Assembly (NCBI GenBank): GCA_963727455.1
Contig: CAVSGG010000005.1
Span: 128,001 to 192,000 of the forward strand
From: Candidatus Krumholzibacteriota bacterium
GTDB taxonomy: Bacteria; Krumholzibacteriota; Krumholzibacteriia; JAJRXK01
DNA length: 64,000 nucleotides
Direction of reading: 5' to 3'
The position numbers and the translations under genes are program-made. How positions within the stretch are numbered: position 1 is the stretch's first letter; every line of letters begins with the position of its first letter. Shown here one piece after another: positions 49,991 to 59,346 of this stretch. The notes under the pieces are model-generated. The model saw nothing but the letters and a program-made list of their open reading frames with translations. It was not told the origin of the DNA and did not search any database.

Positions 49991-50083
49991 TTGCGCCGCG
50001 AAGAGCGGTCCCGTAAGCTCGTTGATTCGCGGCATCATCCCTGTCCGGCGCCGATGCGCCGGGCCGCTTGAGACCGAAGGGAG
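49991..50083 (+). promoter_or_regulatory. rpsF promoter and S6:S18-binding leader RNA
   Basis: TTGCGC-17-TAAGCT (49991-50019). Then TCCCT...hairpin...CCG bulge...AGGGA (50038-50082), which sequesters the SD and fits the known S6:S18 autoregulatory motif. Confidence 0.7.
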
Positions 50084-50090
50084 AACATCC

Positions 50091-50456
50091 GTGCAGAAAT
50101 ATGAATGTGTCGTCGTTCTGAGGTCGGGCCTTCCCGAGTCGGACGTGAACACGATTCTCGATCGTTTCGAATCGAGCGTGAAGAACCACGGCGGAGAAAT
50201 CACGCTGAAGGACCCCTGGGGCACCAAGAAACTGGCCTACGAGATCCAGAAGCAGACGACGGGGGACTACTACCTCTATCGTTTCAAGGGGGACAACACT
50301 CTGGTGCAAGAGGCTGACCGTGACTATCGCCTCGACGACCGGGTGTTACGCCATCTCATCGTGATCGATGAGGAGTGGGACGAGCGCAACAGAGTCGCTC
50401 TGGCCAAGCGGGCCGAGCAGCGTAGCCGCAACGAGGGGGCATCCGATGGCCGCTAA
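50091..50456 (+). CDS. rpsF: 30S ribosomal protein bS6
   Basis: KYE, WG.KKLAYEI, VLRHL. Confidence 0.93.
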   Translation: MQKYECVVVLRSGLPESDVNTILDRFESSVKNHGGEITLKDPWGTKKLAYEIQKQTTGDYYLYRFKGDNTLVQEADRDYRLDDRVLRHLIVIDEEWDERNRVALAKRAEQRSRNEGASDGR

Positions 50457-50706
50457 ACCACGAGCCAAACGACGCGAACGAGATCGCTTTGGACGGAAGA
50501 AGAAGTGTTACTTCACCGAGCATGGATACGCCTGCATCGACTACAAGGACATCGAACTCTTGAAGCGTTTCGTTACCGAACGCGGAAAGATTTCACCCCG
50601 GCGCAACACGGGAACGAAAGCCAAGTATCAGCGCATGCTCGCCACCGCGGTGAAACGAGCGCGCCACCTTGCGCTCCTTCCTTACGTGCGCGAGTACTAC
50701 CGATAG
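50446..50706 (+). CDS. rpsR: 30S ribosomal protein bS18
   Basis: IDYKD, ERGKI.PRR.TG, QR.L..AVKRAR.LALLPY. Confidence 0.95.
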   Translation: MAAKPRAKRRERDRFGRKKKCYFTEHGYACIDYKDIELLKRFVTERGKISPRRNTGTKAKYQRMLATAVKRARHLALLPYVREYYR

Positions 50707-50715
50707 GAGGCCATC

Positions 50716-51156
50716 ATGGATGTCATTTTGCTTCATGACGTGCAGAAACTCGGGCGCCGGGGCGCCAAGGTGGGCGTCGCGCGCGGGTATGCCCGTAACT
50801 ACCTTTTTCCACGAGGGCTGGCCGTCCAGGCTTCCTTGGCCAAGGAGAAAGAACTGGAGAGCCGACTCAAAGCCTTCGAGACGAGAGACGAGCAACAGCG
50901 CGAACAGGCACAGAGTCTCGCGGAGTCGATGCAGGGCGTCGCGGTCACCATCGCCGCGGCCGCGGGGGAGGAGAATCTCTACGGCAGCGTTTCTGCCGCG
51001 ATGATCTCTGCAGCCCTGGAAAAGCAGGGTCACGCCATCGATGCCAAACACGTGATTCTGGAAGAGCCTTTGAAGAAGCTGGGGACCTTTGCGGTTCCGG
51101 TCCGAGTGCATCGAGACATCGAAGTCGAGGTCCAGGTCACCATCGAACGGGCTTGA
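50716..51156 (+). CDS. rplI: 50S ribosomal protein bL9
   Basis: VILL.DV..LG, GYARNYL.P, LYGSV. Confidence 0.95.
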   Translation: MDVILLHDVQKLGRRGAKVGVARGYARNYLFPRGLAVQASLAKEKELESRLKAFETRDEQQREQAQSLAESMQGVAVTIAAAAGEENLYGSVSAAMISAALEKQGHAIDAKHVILEEPLKKLGTFAVPVRVHRDIEVEVQVTIERA

Positions 51157-51161
51157 TCTGA

Positions 51162-52532
51162 ATGAAGACACCAGCTCATGTCTTCCGGGAGTACGACATT
51201 CGGGGCGAGGTCCAGACCGATCTCAGCTCCGAATTCGTGCGCTGTCTGGGGCGCGGTTTGGGCACTGTCTTCAGGCGCGCCGGAGCCACGCGGATCGGGA
51301 TCGCCCGCGACGTACGGCCAAGCGGTGAGAAGCTCTTCGAATGTCTTGCTGATGGCTTGACGCAGACAGGATGTGTCGTCGTGGACTTCGGTGCCGCACC
51401 CACCGGAGTGTTTTATCACGCCATCGCGACTGGCGAGGAGGAGGCCGGGATTTGTATCACCGGCAGCCACAACCCTCCCGAGTTCAACGGATTCAAGATC
51501 GTGCTGCATGGCCGCAGTTTTTACGGCGAGCAAATCCGTGAACTACGCGTGCTCATGGAGAAGAATGATTTCGAGTCCGGCACGGGCCGCAAGGAGAGTC
51601 GTGGCATCATAGAACCCTACTTGGAGGACGCGACATCACGCGTGAAGATCGAAAGGCCCATTCGTTTCGCGTACGATTGTGGGAATGGGGCCGCGTCACT
51701 CGTCGCCTCCTCTCTCTTTTCACGTCTACATCTTCGACCCATCAGCCTCTTCGATGAGCCGGACGGAACCTTCCCCAACCATCACCCCGACCCCACGATG
51801 CCGGAAAACCTGGAGGATCTCAGAAAGTGTGTTCTGGCCGAGAAGCTCGAGTTGGGGATCGCGTATGACGGCGATGCGGACCGCATAGGAGTACTGGACG
51901 AGAAAGGAGACGTTCTTTGGGGAGACCGTCTCCTCATGCTCTATGCACGCGATCTCCTGCAGCGTCACCCCGGGTCCGGGATCATCTTCGACGTCAAGTG
52001 CAGTCAGACCCTAATCGACGAGATTGCGGCAAAGGGCGGGACTCCGATCCTCTGGAAGACGGGCCATTCCCTCATCAAGGAAAAGATGAGGGAGAGCGGC
52101 GCGCTCCTGGCGGGGGAGATGAGCGGACACGTATTCTTCGCGGAGAACTGGTACGGCTTCGACGACGCGCTGTTTGCCACTTTACGTCTCTTGGAAATCG
52201 TCTCGCGCGATGAAGACTCTCTCAGCAGCAGACTGGCCGACGTCCCCACTTTGGTCGCCACCCCCGAGATCCGTGTGGATTGTTCCGACGAGCTGAAGTT
52301 CGCCGTGGTGGCGAAAGTGAAAGAGCACTTCGAGCGCGAACACGAAGTCAACGACATCGATGGGGCAAGAGTGACCTTTGCCAACGGCTGGGGTCTCGTG
52401 CGGGCCAGCAACACGCAGCCCGCTCTGGTCCTTCGAGCCGAAGCGAGCAATGAAACGCTCAAGCAGGACTACTTGAAAAAGCTAGAAGACGCGATCGCCG
52501 CTGCCCAAAACGAATTGGCAAGTGGGACATGA
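51162..52532 (+). CDS. Phosphomannomutase/phosphoglucomutase
   Basis: FREYDIRG, TGSHNP, DGDADR, GEMSGH, RASNT. Confidence 0.95.
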   Translation: MKTPAHVFREYDIRGEVQTDLSSEFVRCLGRGLGTVFRRAGATRIGIARDVRPSGEKLFECLADGLTQTGCVVVDFGAAPTGVFYHAIATGEEEAGICITGSHNPPEFNGFKIVLHGRSFYGEQIRELRVLMEKNDFESGTGRKESRGIIEPYLEDATSRVKIERPIRFAYDCGNGAASLVASSLFSRLHLRPISLFDEPDGTFPNHHPDPTMPENLEDLRKCVLAEKLELGIAYDGDADRIGVLDEKGDVLWGDRLLMLYARDLLQRHPGSGIIFDVKCSQTLIDEIAAKGGTPILWKTGHSLIKEKMRESGALLAGEMSGHVFFAENWYGFDDALFATLRLLEIVSRDEDSLSSRLADVPTLVATPEIRVDCSDELKFAVVAKVKEHFEREHEVNDIDGARVTFANGWGLVRASNTQPALVLRAEASNETLKQDYLKKLEDAIAAAQNELASGT

Positions 52533-53617
52533 GCGCGCGCCCCGAAGGACATGCGGTCATTCTGGCCGGAGGTCGGGGGACGCGCTTCTGGCCACTGTCG
52601 CGGCGCGCGCAACCCAAGCAGCTTCTGGATCTGACCGGAGACGGGAGCCTGTTGGCGATGACGCTGGAGCGTCTAGAACCCCTGGTACCGGCCGCGAAGC
52701 AGTGGATTCTCACCAGCGAGCTTCTGGCGGAAAAGGTAAGGAAGCACGCCCCGAGAGTACCTGCGGACCAGATCATCGCAGAACCGGTGGGACGAAATAC
52801 GGCCTGCGCAGTGGGCCTTGCGGCCGCGCTGGTAGAGCAACGAGCGGGGGACGTGCCTTTCGCCGTCTTGCCCAGCGATCACATCATTGCTCCTGCCCCG
52901 GAATTTCAGGGTGCTCTGAGCCAGGCCTTCAAAATCACCAAGGACAACGAGGTGCTGCTCACCTTCGGGGTGACCCCTTCGCGGCCGGAGACAGGCTACG
53001 GCTATATCGAAGAGGGGGAACCTCTTGCCTCCGCCGCCCCCGCGCGTCGCGTGGCCGCATTCACCGAAAAGCCCGACCATGCCACAGCGACGCGCTATCT
53101 GGAGGGTGGAAGACACTTCTGGAATTCCGGGATCTTCGCTTGGCGCCCCTCTGTCCTACTGGAGGGACTGAAACGGGAGCTTCCCGATCTGTGCGATTCC
53201 GTGAGGCGCTGCGCCGCCGCGGGGGAAGTGGGAACCTCCAAGTTTCTCGAGGCGTTGAAATCCACTTACCAAGGAGCCCCGTCGATTTCGATCGACTACG
53301 CCCTGATGGAAAAGGCCAGAAACGTGGTGGTGTTGCCCGCGAGCTTCTCCTGGAACGACGTGGGGCAATGGGTTTCCATGCGCGAACTGTGGCCGCTCGA
53401 CAAGGATGGCAACTGCAGCCGAGGTGAGGTACTCGCTCTTTCGAGCCAGGATTGCGTGGTGTACGGTCCCGACCGCCTTACTGCGTTGTTGGGCGTGAAG
53501 GACATCATCGTAGTCCAGACCGAGGACGCCACCTTGGTATGCGATGCGAAACGATCACAAGACGTCAGGCTAATTTTGGAGGCTCTCCAGCGCGAGGGCC
53601 GCAAGGATCTTCAGTAG
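52529..53617 (+). CDS. manC: Mannose-1-phosphate guanylyltransferase
   Basis: ILAGG.GTRFWP.SR...PKQ, EP.GRNTA, PSDH, ETGYGYI, F.EKP, SIDYA.ME. Confidence 0.93.
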   Translation: MSARPEGHAVILAGGRGTRFWPLSRRAQPKQLLDLTGDGSLLAMTLERLEPLVPAAKQWILTSELLAEKVRKHAPRVPADQIIAEPVGRNTACAVGLAAALVEQRAGDVPFAVLPSDHIIAPAPEFQGALSQAFKITKDNEVLLTFGVTPSRPETGYGYIEEGEPLASAAPARRVAAFTEKPDHATATRYLEGGRHFWNSGIFAWRPSVLLEGLKRELPDLCDSVRRCAAAGEVGTSKFLEALKSTYQGAPSISIDYALMEKARNVVVLPASFSWNDVGQWVSMRELWPLDKDGNCSRGEVLALSSQDCVVYGPDRLTALLGVKDIIVVQTEDATLVCDAKRSQDVRLILEALQREGRKDLQ

Positions 53618-53651
53618 AGCCGAGTTTTCAGAATAAGGTGGAGGTAGCCAA

Positions 53652-54890
53652 ATGTTCCGAGGAATCCGATGGTTCACAGTGATTGCGAGCCTGTTGGCGC
53701 TTGCGGCGTGTCAGGGCGAGAAGAACGGAGGCACACAATCGGCCGGCAGCTCCTCGGTCTCACCGAGTAAGGACTTCACCCAGGTAATCGCAAAAGTGGG
53801 TGATATCGAGATCACCCAAGGCTACTTCGATAAGCGATTCGATCAACTCAGCGAGGCGGACAGAAAAGCCTTCAGCGACAGGGAGGGGAAGCGGCGCTTC
53901 CTCGATCAGCTCATCGAAGAAACGGCGCTCTACAAGAAGGCTCTCGACGAACACCTCGACCAGGATCCCGAGGTCCAGACTCGACTCGACATCGCTCGAC
54001 GGGCGATATTGCGGAAGGCCTGTGCGGACCAGATAACTGCCAACTCTCAGCCGGACGAGCAAACTGTCAAGGACTACTACGAGAAAAACAAGGAAGAGTT
54101 CAAGACATTACCGAGACTCATGGCTTCGCACATCAGCTGCCGAGATAAGTCGAAGATCGACCAGGCCTATGCTGCTCTCCAGGCTGGCCAAGCATGGGAT
54201 TCCGTGGCCGACAAGTACAACGAAGCTCCGAACTCGAAAGACACTCACGGTACGATCGGCTGGATCAATCCCGATGGGTTCGTCATGGGAGTGGGTGTCA
54301 ACACCGATTTCAATAAGATCGCGTTCTCCCTCGGCTACCAGAAGTACTCCAAGCCGGTGCTCATCAATAGACGCTGGGAGATCATTCGCGCCGGGGCCAA
54401 GAAGCCGGGCGAGATTCCTACTTTCGATCAGGTCAGACCGCGGGTGGTCGAGAAACTGCGTGCGACGGCAAGGCGCCGCGATTACGAGAGAGAAGTGCAG
54501 AAGCTGGAGAGCGAGTACTCCGTGCAACGATTTGGCCCATACGAAAGGGACGCCGCTAATAGCGCCGAGGATCTGTACAAACGGGCTTCGGAGATCAACG
54601 ATCCCCAAACGAAGATCGACTATTACAATAGAATTGCTAACAACTTCCCCGAGTCCGAACTCGCCGACGAGGCTTTGTTTACGGCCGGCTTCATCTACAG
54701 TGAACAGCTCCGCAAGCGCAATTTCGCTTTTGCGGAGTTCCACCGGCTGATCACCGACTATCCGGACAGTAAGTACGTTGAGGATGCCAAGTGGATGATG
54801 GATAACATGGGGAAATCCGGACTGGAAAATGCCAATGACAGTTCGGCAGAGGCGATCCAAGAGGAAATCAAGTCTCAAAAGGGGAAATGA
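53652..54890 (+). CDS. Lipoprotein parvulin (PpiC/PrsA-like) foldase with C-terminal TPR-like domain
   Basis: Lipobox LAAC; SurA-N-like helices; SHI...A.KY...G.IGW; C-terminal ADEALF..GFIY...YPDS. Confidence 0.75.
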   Translation: MFRGIRWFTVIASLLALAACQGEKNGGTQSAGSSSVSPSKDFTQVIAKVGDIEITQGYFDKRFDQLSEADRKAFSDREGKRRFLDQLIEETALYKKALDEHLDQDPEVQTRLDIARRAILRKACADQITANSQPDEQTVKDYYEKNKEEFKTLPRLMASHISCRDKSKIDQAYAALQAGQAWDSVADKYNEAPNSKDTHGTIGWINPDGFVMGVGVNTDFNKIAFSLGYQKYSKPVLINRRWEIIRAGAKKPGEIPTFDQVRPRVVEKLRATARRRDYEREVQKLESEYSVQRFGPYERDAANSAEDLYKRASEINDPQTKIDYYNRIANNFPESELADEALFTAGFIYSEQLRKRNFAFAEFHRLITDYPDSKYVEDAKWMMDNMGKSGLENANDSSAEAIQEEIKSQKGK

Positions 54891-55009
54891 GGTCGTACAC
54901 TTTCCGGCATGTTCGGGCTGGCACTCACGGTTGCTATCGCGATCGAAGCCGGTATAGTGTCCTTTGAGAGCTCGGAGGGAGTTCTCGAACCCATGCAAGG
55001 AGAGTTGCG

Positions 55010-55507
55010 ATGAACCGCCGATCCCGCGCATTCGAACCCAAGATCCTCGCCCTCTCGCTCGCTTTTCTCATGCTCTGCGCACTCTCCGTCGTAGTACCGG
55101 GACGGTCCTCCGCGAGCCCGAAAGCGGTAGGCAATCCGCAACCGAAGACCAACCCGGGATCTCCCGCGGACAGCTTGAAGCAGGTAGAAGGCCCCAAGAT
55201 CGTCGATGCGGCCGTCTGTCGCAGGGTTGAGGAACGTAAACCGATCGAGTCCGGCGACCGCTTTCCTTCCGACGTCGGAAGTCTGAGCTGTTTTTGCCGT
55301 GTGGTACACGGCAAAGGAACCAAGATCGTGCACGCGTGGATTCAAGACGGACAAACTCGTGCGCGCGTCGAGCTGGAGGTCGGTAGCAATTCGTGGAGAA
55401 CCTGGAGCACGAAACGCATCCTGCCTTCATGGACCGGAAGCTGGGAAGTAAAGATCATGACTCCAGACGGGGTCGTTCTCGATTCGGTGGCGTTCACCAT
55501 CTATTGA
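55010..55507 (+). CDS. Exported DUF2914-like Ig-fold protein
   Basis: Signal peptide; V..R.P...F; I.H.W; WRTWS.K...G.W.V. Confidence 0.7.
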   Translation: MNRRSRAFEPKILALSLAFLMLCALSVVVPGRSSASPKAVGNPQPKTNPGSPADSLKQVEGPKIVDAAVCRRVEERKPIESGDRFPSDVGSLSCFCRVVHGKGTKIVHAWIQDGQTRARVELEVGSNSWRTWSTKRILPSWTGSWEVKIMTPDGVVLDSVAFTIY

Positions 55508-55524
55508 CGCCAAGAGGGTTCCAA

Positions 55525-56091
55525 GTGGATTCCACATCCGAACTCATCGAGGTTCGCGTGAGCGCTCTGGTTCGCGATGCCAAGACCGACGCTCCGGTGG
55601 TCTTGCTTCAAGTTCTGGGTTCCAAACGCCACCTTCCGATCTGGATCGGAGACGCCGAGGCCAACGCGATCGCAATGGTGCTCGCGGGGCGCCGGTTCCA
55701 GCGTCCTCTGACCCATGACCTCATGCAACAAATCGTCGACGGTCTCGGAGGAAAGCTGAGTCGAGTCGTCGTAACGGACATCCAGGGCAACACCTATTTC
55801 GCTCGACTCTACCTGGCACGGGGGCACGAGGTCATCGCGATCGACGCGCGTCCTAGCGATTCCATCGCCCTCGCGCTCCGTTGTGAGTCGCCGATCTTTC
55901 TCTCCCGGAAGGTCGCGGAGGAGCAAGCGGACAACATGCTGGAGGCTGAGGAGAGCATCGACACGCAGCAAGTGGTCGAGAACCTCATCCGCGATGTGCA
56001 GAGAAAGGTCGACCGGGATGAGCCCGGGACTCCAGACGATTTCGACGAGGAGGGTGGCGAATGGCCATCATCAGGCCCTACCGAGGAATGA
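55525..56091 (+). CDS. Bifunctional nuclease family protein (DUF151)
   Basis: LPIWIG..EA.AI, RPLTHDL, IDARPSDSIALALR. Confidence 0.92.
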   Translation: MDSTSELIEVRVSALVRDAKTDAPVVLLQVLGSKRHLPIWIGDAEANAIAMVLAGRRFQRPLTHDLMQQIVDGLGGKLSRVVVTDIQGNTYFARLYLARGHEVIAIDARPSDSIALALRCESPIFLSRKVAEEQADNMLEAEESIDTQQVVENLIRDVQRKVDRDEPGTPDDFDEEGGEWPSSGPTEE

Positions 56092-56582
56092 CTCCTCAGA
56101 TTGGGAAGAATGTCTACCTGGCCGATGACGTGGTGATCATTGGTGAGGTCATTATCGAAGATGACGTCAACATTTGGTGGGGAAGCGTTCTGCGTGGAGA
56201 TTGCGGCCTCATTCACGTCGGCCGGGGAAGCAACATCCAAGACGGTTGTATGCTTCACTCGACCACCGATTACAGCTCCACAGTTTTGCAAAATGAGGTG
56301 TCGGTGGGGCATCATGCCGTGATTCACGGTGCCCTGGTGGAGGAGGGCTGCCTCGTGGGTATGAAGAGCGTGTTGCTCGATAAGGCGCACATCGAGAAAT
56401 TCTCTATCGTGGCCGCCGGCGCTGTAGTGCCCGAGAAGATGCGAGTTCCCAGCAATCATCTAGTAGCAGGGGTGCCCGCCAAGGTGAAGAAGGAACTGCC
56501 TCTAGAGAACAAGCAGGCACGGCGCGAGCATGCGCAAGAATACATGGATCTGGCCACCTGGTACCTGGAGAACCCGAGTTGA
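56061..56582 (+). CDS. Gamma-carbonic-anhydrase-like (YrdA) hexapeptide protein
   Basis: VLRGD, NIQDG..H, VGH...HG, GVPAK. Confidence 0.9.
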   Translation: MAIIRPYRGMTPQIGKNVYLADDVVIIGEVIIEDDVNIWWGSVLRGDCGLIHVGRGSNIQDGCMLHSTTDYSSTVLQNEVSVGHHAVIHGALVEEGCLVGMKSVLLDKAHIEKFSIVAAGAVVPEKMRVPSNHLVAGVPAKVKKELPLENKQARREHAQEYMDLATWYLENPS

Positions 56583-56622
56583 AGCAGGCCGGACGGGGTT
56601 GGCCCGCTTCGAGGTGGCGAGC

Positions 56623-58476
56623 ATGAGCAGAAGTCATTTTGCAAGTTGGACGATCACGGTGCTGGTGGCACTGGTGCTTGGCGGTTGCGCGTCGTCGATC
56701 AAGAGTCCGCGTTTGAGCGGTGGATTGAGCCACGACGAAGAGCGAGAAGCGTCCGAGCAATACCAGCAGCTCTTGGCGGCGAGTGCGGCCGGGCAAAATT
56801 CTCAGGCCCGGGACTTGGCCTATGGCATTCTCGATCGCTATCCCGGATTCGAACATGAGGACCACGTGCTACTCTTGGGCGCGCGCGCTTCTGAAGAACT
56901 AGGCGACGAGCGCACGGCGCGCGTGCTGTTGGACTCTCTGCTCCAGCACCATTCCGGGTCCCGGTATCTGCCCGACGCATGGTGGCTCATCGCACAGATT
57001 TACGACCGAAGACAGCAGTGGCGTGAGGCTGCCCAAGCCTATGTGCACTATCTCGACCAGCCGGGAGAACTTCCGTCGCGAGATCGAGCCAGCGCGAGAC
57101 TCCATACGCTTCTTCAAAAAAAATTGAGTGTGAGCGATATTGGCCGTTTGCGCGATGAGAGCCTGAATACGAGTTCGGGAGAGGAGGTGGCCTTCGCTTT
57201 TTTGCAGAGGAAGCGCGAAGCGGGCGCCAACCCGAAGGAGATCGGTCCTCTTCTGGAAGATTTCCTCACTCGCTTTCCCCAGAGCCCCCAGCGCGAAGCG
57301 GTGGCGCAGATGCTCTCGGAGTACAAGAGCGAGGGGAGCTATGAGCCCGCAGGCCCGGTGAGCGTGGCTTACGTGGACCGCATCGGCCTTCTCTGTCCTT
57401 TGACCGGGGAATACGCCGCTTTGGGACAGGCCATGTACAATGGCGCCCTGCTCGCGCTCGAAGAGCATAACCGGAGCTCTGAGGACGATTTGAAACTCGT
57501 CGCATTGGATACCCGGGGAGATGGGGTACAGGCCGTTCTGTCCGCACGTACTTTGATCAACCACGATGGAGTACTGGCCATCGTGGGCGCTCTGCTTTCT
57601 CCCACCACGATCGCGGCCGCCGTCGTCTGTCAGGGCCAGCGTGTTCCTCTGATCTCACCCACCGCGACGCAGGAAAACATCTCCTTGATCGGAGACGAGA
57701 TCTTCCAAACCAATGTCACTCGAGCATTCGAGACGCGCGTATTAGCGCGGGTCACGGTACGTAGATTGCTGCGGCGACGCCTTGCAATTTTGTACCCCGA
57801 TACCGACGAGGGCAGAAACGCCGCCAACATTTTCTCGGCCGAGGCGGAGAGGCTCGGAGCCAAGATCGTGGCCAGCGAGCCCTACCAAAGCGGCCTCACT
57901 GATTTCAAAGCTCCTATCGAGCGTATCCGTGAGAAGGGCCCCGAGGCGCTCTTCGTTCCGGCCGGACCCAGTGAGATGCGCCTCATCGCGCCTCAGCTGA
58001 CCTTCTACCAGCTCGAGGTTCAATTGCTGGGACTGAGCACCTGGAATCGTCCACGGCTGGCCGAGGGTGCGGGCGACGTGCTGGAAGGTGCCATCTTTCC
58101 CAGTGAGACTGCGCTCATGGCGCCGGGGGAGAGCGAACGATTCCAATCCCTGTGGAAGCGACGCTTTCACGACGACGAAGTGAATCCCTTCGCTCTCAAG
58201 ACCTACTTCGCCACGCGCAGACTCCTGGACGCGATTCACGGGGGAGCCCGAAGCCGTCGTGCGGTGAGCGAGGAGTTGAGTCAGAATCTCGTTCCGAGCG
58301 ACCGCGCGAGAAACCTGGTCTCTACGGAGTCGGCCCTGCGCATGTTGGAGAACGGAAAAGTCGTGCCGTTTCCGAGTGAAGTGTTCGCGGATCCCATCGG
58401 ACCCGTTCTTCCCGATGCACCACCTGCTCGGGACACCGAACCCGTTCCGAGAGGGAGGCCGGGTGGCCGAGGCTAG
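56623..58476 (+). CDS. Lipoprotein with TPR region and type-I periplasmic-binding-protein domain (LpoA/LppC-like)
   Basis: Lipobox LGGC; TPR-like helices; IGLLCPLTG.YA.LG, DT.GD, IVG.L.S, PLISP.A. Confidence 0.7.
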   Translation: MSRSHFASWTITVLVALVLGGCASSIKSPRLSGGLSHDEEREASEQYQQLLAASAAGQNSQARDLAYGILDRYPGFEHEDHVLLLGARASEELGDERTARVLLDSLLQHHSGSRYLPDAWWLIAQIYDRRQQWREAAQAYVHYLDQPGELPSRDRASARLHTLLQKKLSVSDIGRLRDESLNTSSGEEVAFAFLQRKREAGANPKEIGPLLEDFLTRFPQSPQREAVAQMLSEYKSEGSYEPAGPVSVAYVDRIGLLCPLTGEYAALGQAMYNGALLALEEHNRSSEDDLKLVALDTRGDGVQAVLSARTLINHDGVLAIVGALLSPTTIAAAVVCQGQRVPLISPTATQENISLIGDEIFQTNVTRAFETRVLARVTVRRLLRRRLAILYPDTDEGRNAANIFSAEAERLGAKIVASEPYQSGLTDFKAPIERIREKGPEALFVPAGPSEMRLIAPQLTFYQLEVQLLGLSTWNRPRLAEGAGDVLEGAIFPSETALMAPGESERFQSLWKRRFHDDEVNPFALKTYFATRRLLDAIHGGARSRRAVSEELSQNLVPSDRARNLVSTESALRMLENGKVVPFPSEVFADPIGPVLPDAPPARDTEPVPRGRPGGRG

Positions 58477-59198
58477 GGTTTCAGCTTCTTCCCGGTGCTG
58501 CTTGCCGCCGAGGGTTTGAAGATCCAGCGAACTTGGTCCCAGAACGGCTCGGCCTTGCCCTCTTCGCCCAAGTAGCGGTACTTCCATTGGCGCACCGCCC
58601 GCAGAGCCGCTTCCTCGAACGCCTTACCCCCCTCGCCCCGTGTGACGTAGGCGTCACTGACCGTTCCATCGCTTTCGACGTAGATGGCCACGTCGACCGT
58701 GACGGGATGAGGCAGTACTACCCCCGGTGGATAGCGCGGTCGTACCAGCTTGATCAAGACGAAGTCGAGGCTGCGCTGGGATGGTCTGACCATTCGCACT
58801 TGTTCGCGGAGGTCGTTACTCTGCGAGAGTCCCTCTTCGGGCCTCTCCTTCGTCTCGATGGTGTAGTCGGGAACTCCGGTCGGAGGGGGGACCGGCGTGG
58901 CGTTCTCCGCCTCCACGGTAGTTGGAGGCCTATCGACGACGTCCACCTGGAGCCCTTTGGCAGCGCTGGCGCGCAGGTGCTTGGGGTCTTGGCTCACGGG
59001 ATCCTGGTCGCGGATGATCTCGATATCCGGAAGAACGCGCAGTTCCCCTTGAATTCCCGTATGGAAGAGCAAATGCTGCAGACGATCTTCATCGGGGCCG
59101 AGGATTGCGACGAGAACGAAACCCACCAGGGCTGCGGCGGCTGCCAGCAGAATTCTACGGCCGTAGGAGCCGTGGCGAAAGGCGGGTTCTGTTTCCAT
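58473..59198 (-). CDS. TonB-family protein; start uncertain
   Basis: Single TM helix, Pro-rich linker, P.YP...V....DG.V...F..AAL.AV.QW.Y. Confidence 0.8.
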   Translation of the reverse strand: METEPAFRHGSYGRRILLAAAAALVGFVLVAILGPDEDRLQHLLFHTGIQGELRVLPDIEIIRDQDPVSQDPKHLRASAAKGLQVDVVDRPPTTVEAENATPVPPPTGVPDYTIETKERPEEGLSQSNDLREQVRMVRPSQRSLDFVLIKLVRPRYPPGVVLPHPVTVDVAIYVESDGTVSDAYVTRGEGGKAFEEAALRAVRQWKYRYLGEEGKAEPFWDQVRWIFKPSAASSTGKKLKP

Positions 59199-59346
59199 AA
59201 GCTGAGTCCGGACAACCAATTGAGCGTTCTGCATCAAGCTACCGGCAGGAATGTACGGTGTCAACGCGCCCTCGTTTGACGCTGCCTTTTCGCCTGTGCT
59301 AGGGTGTCGCCGCCCACGCTCTCCAATCAAGGATTGCTCCGCCGGT

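Noticed and set aside
54919-54935. Sigma54-like TGGCAC...TTGCT upstream of the DUF2914 gene
   Set aside because: Spacer is 6 nt rather than the strict 5. It would be valid only if one base is an indel error, so it is not called.
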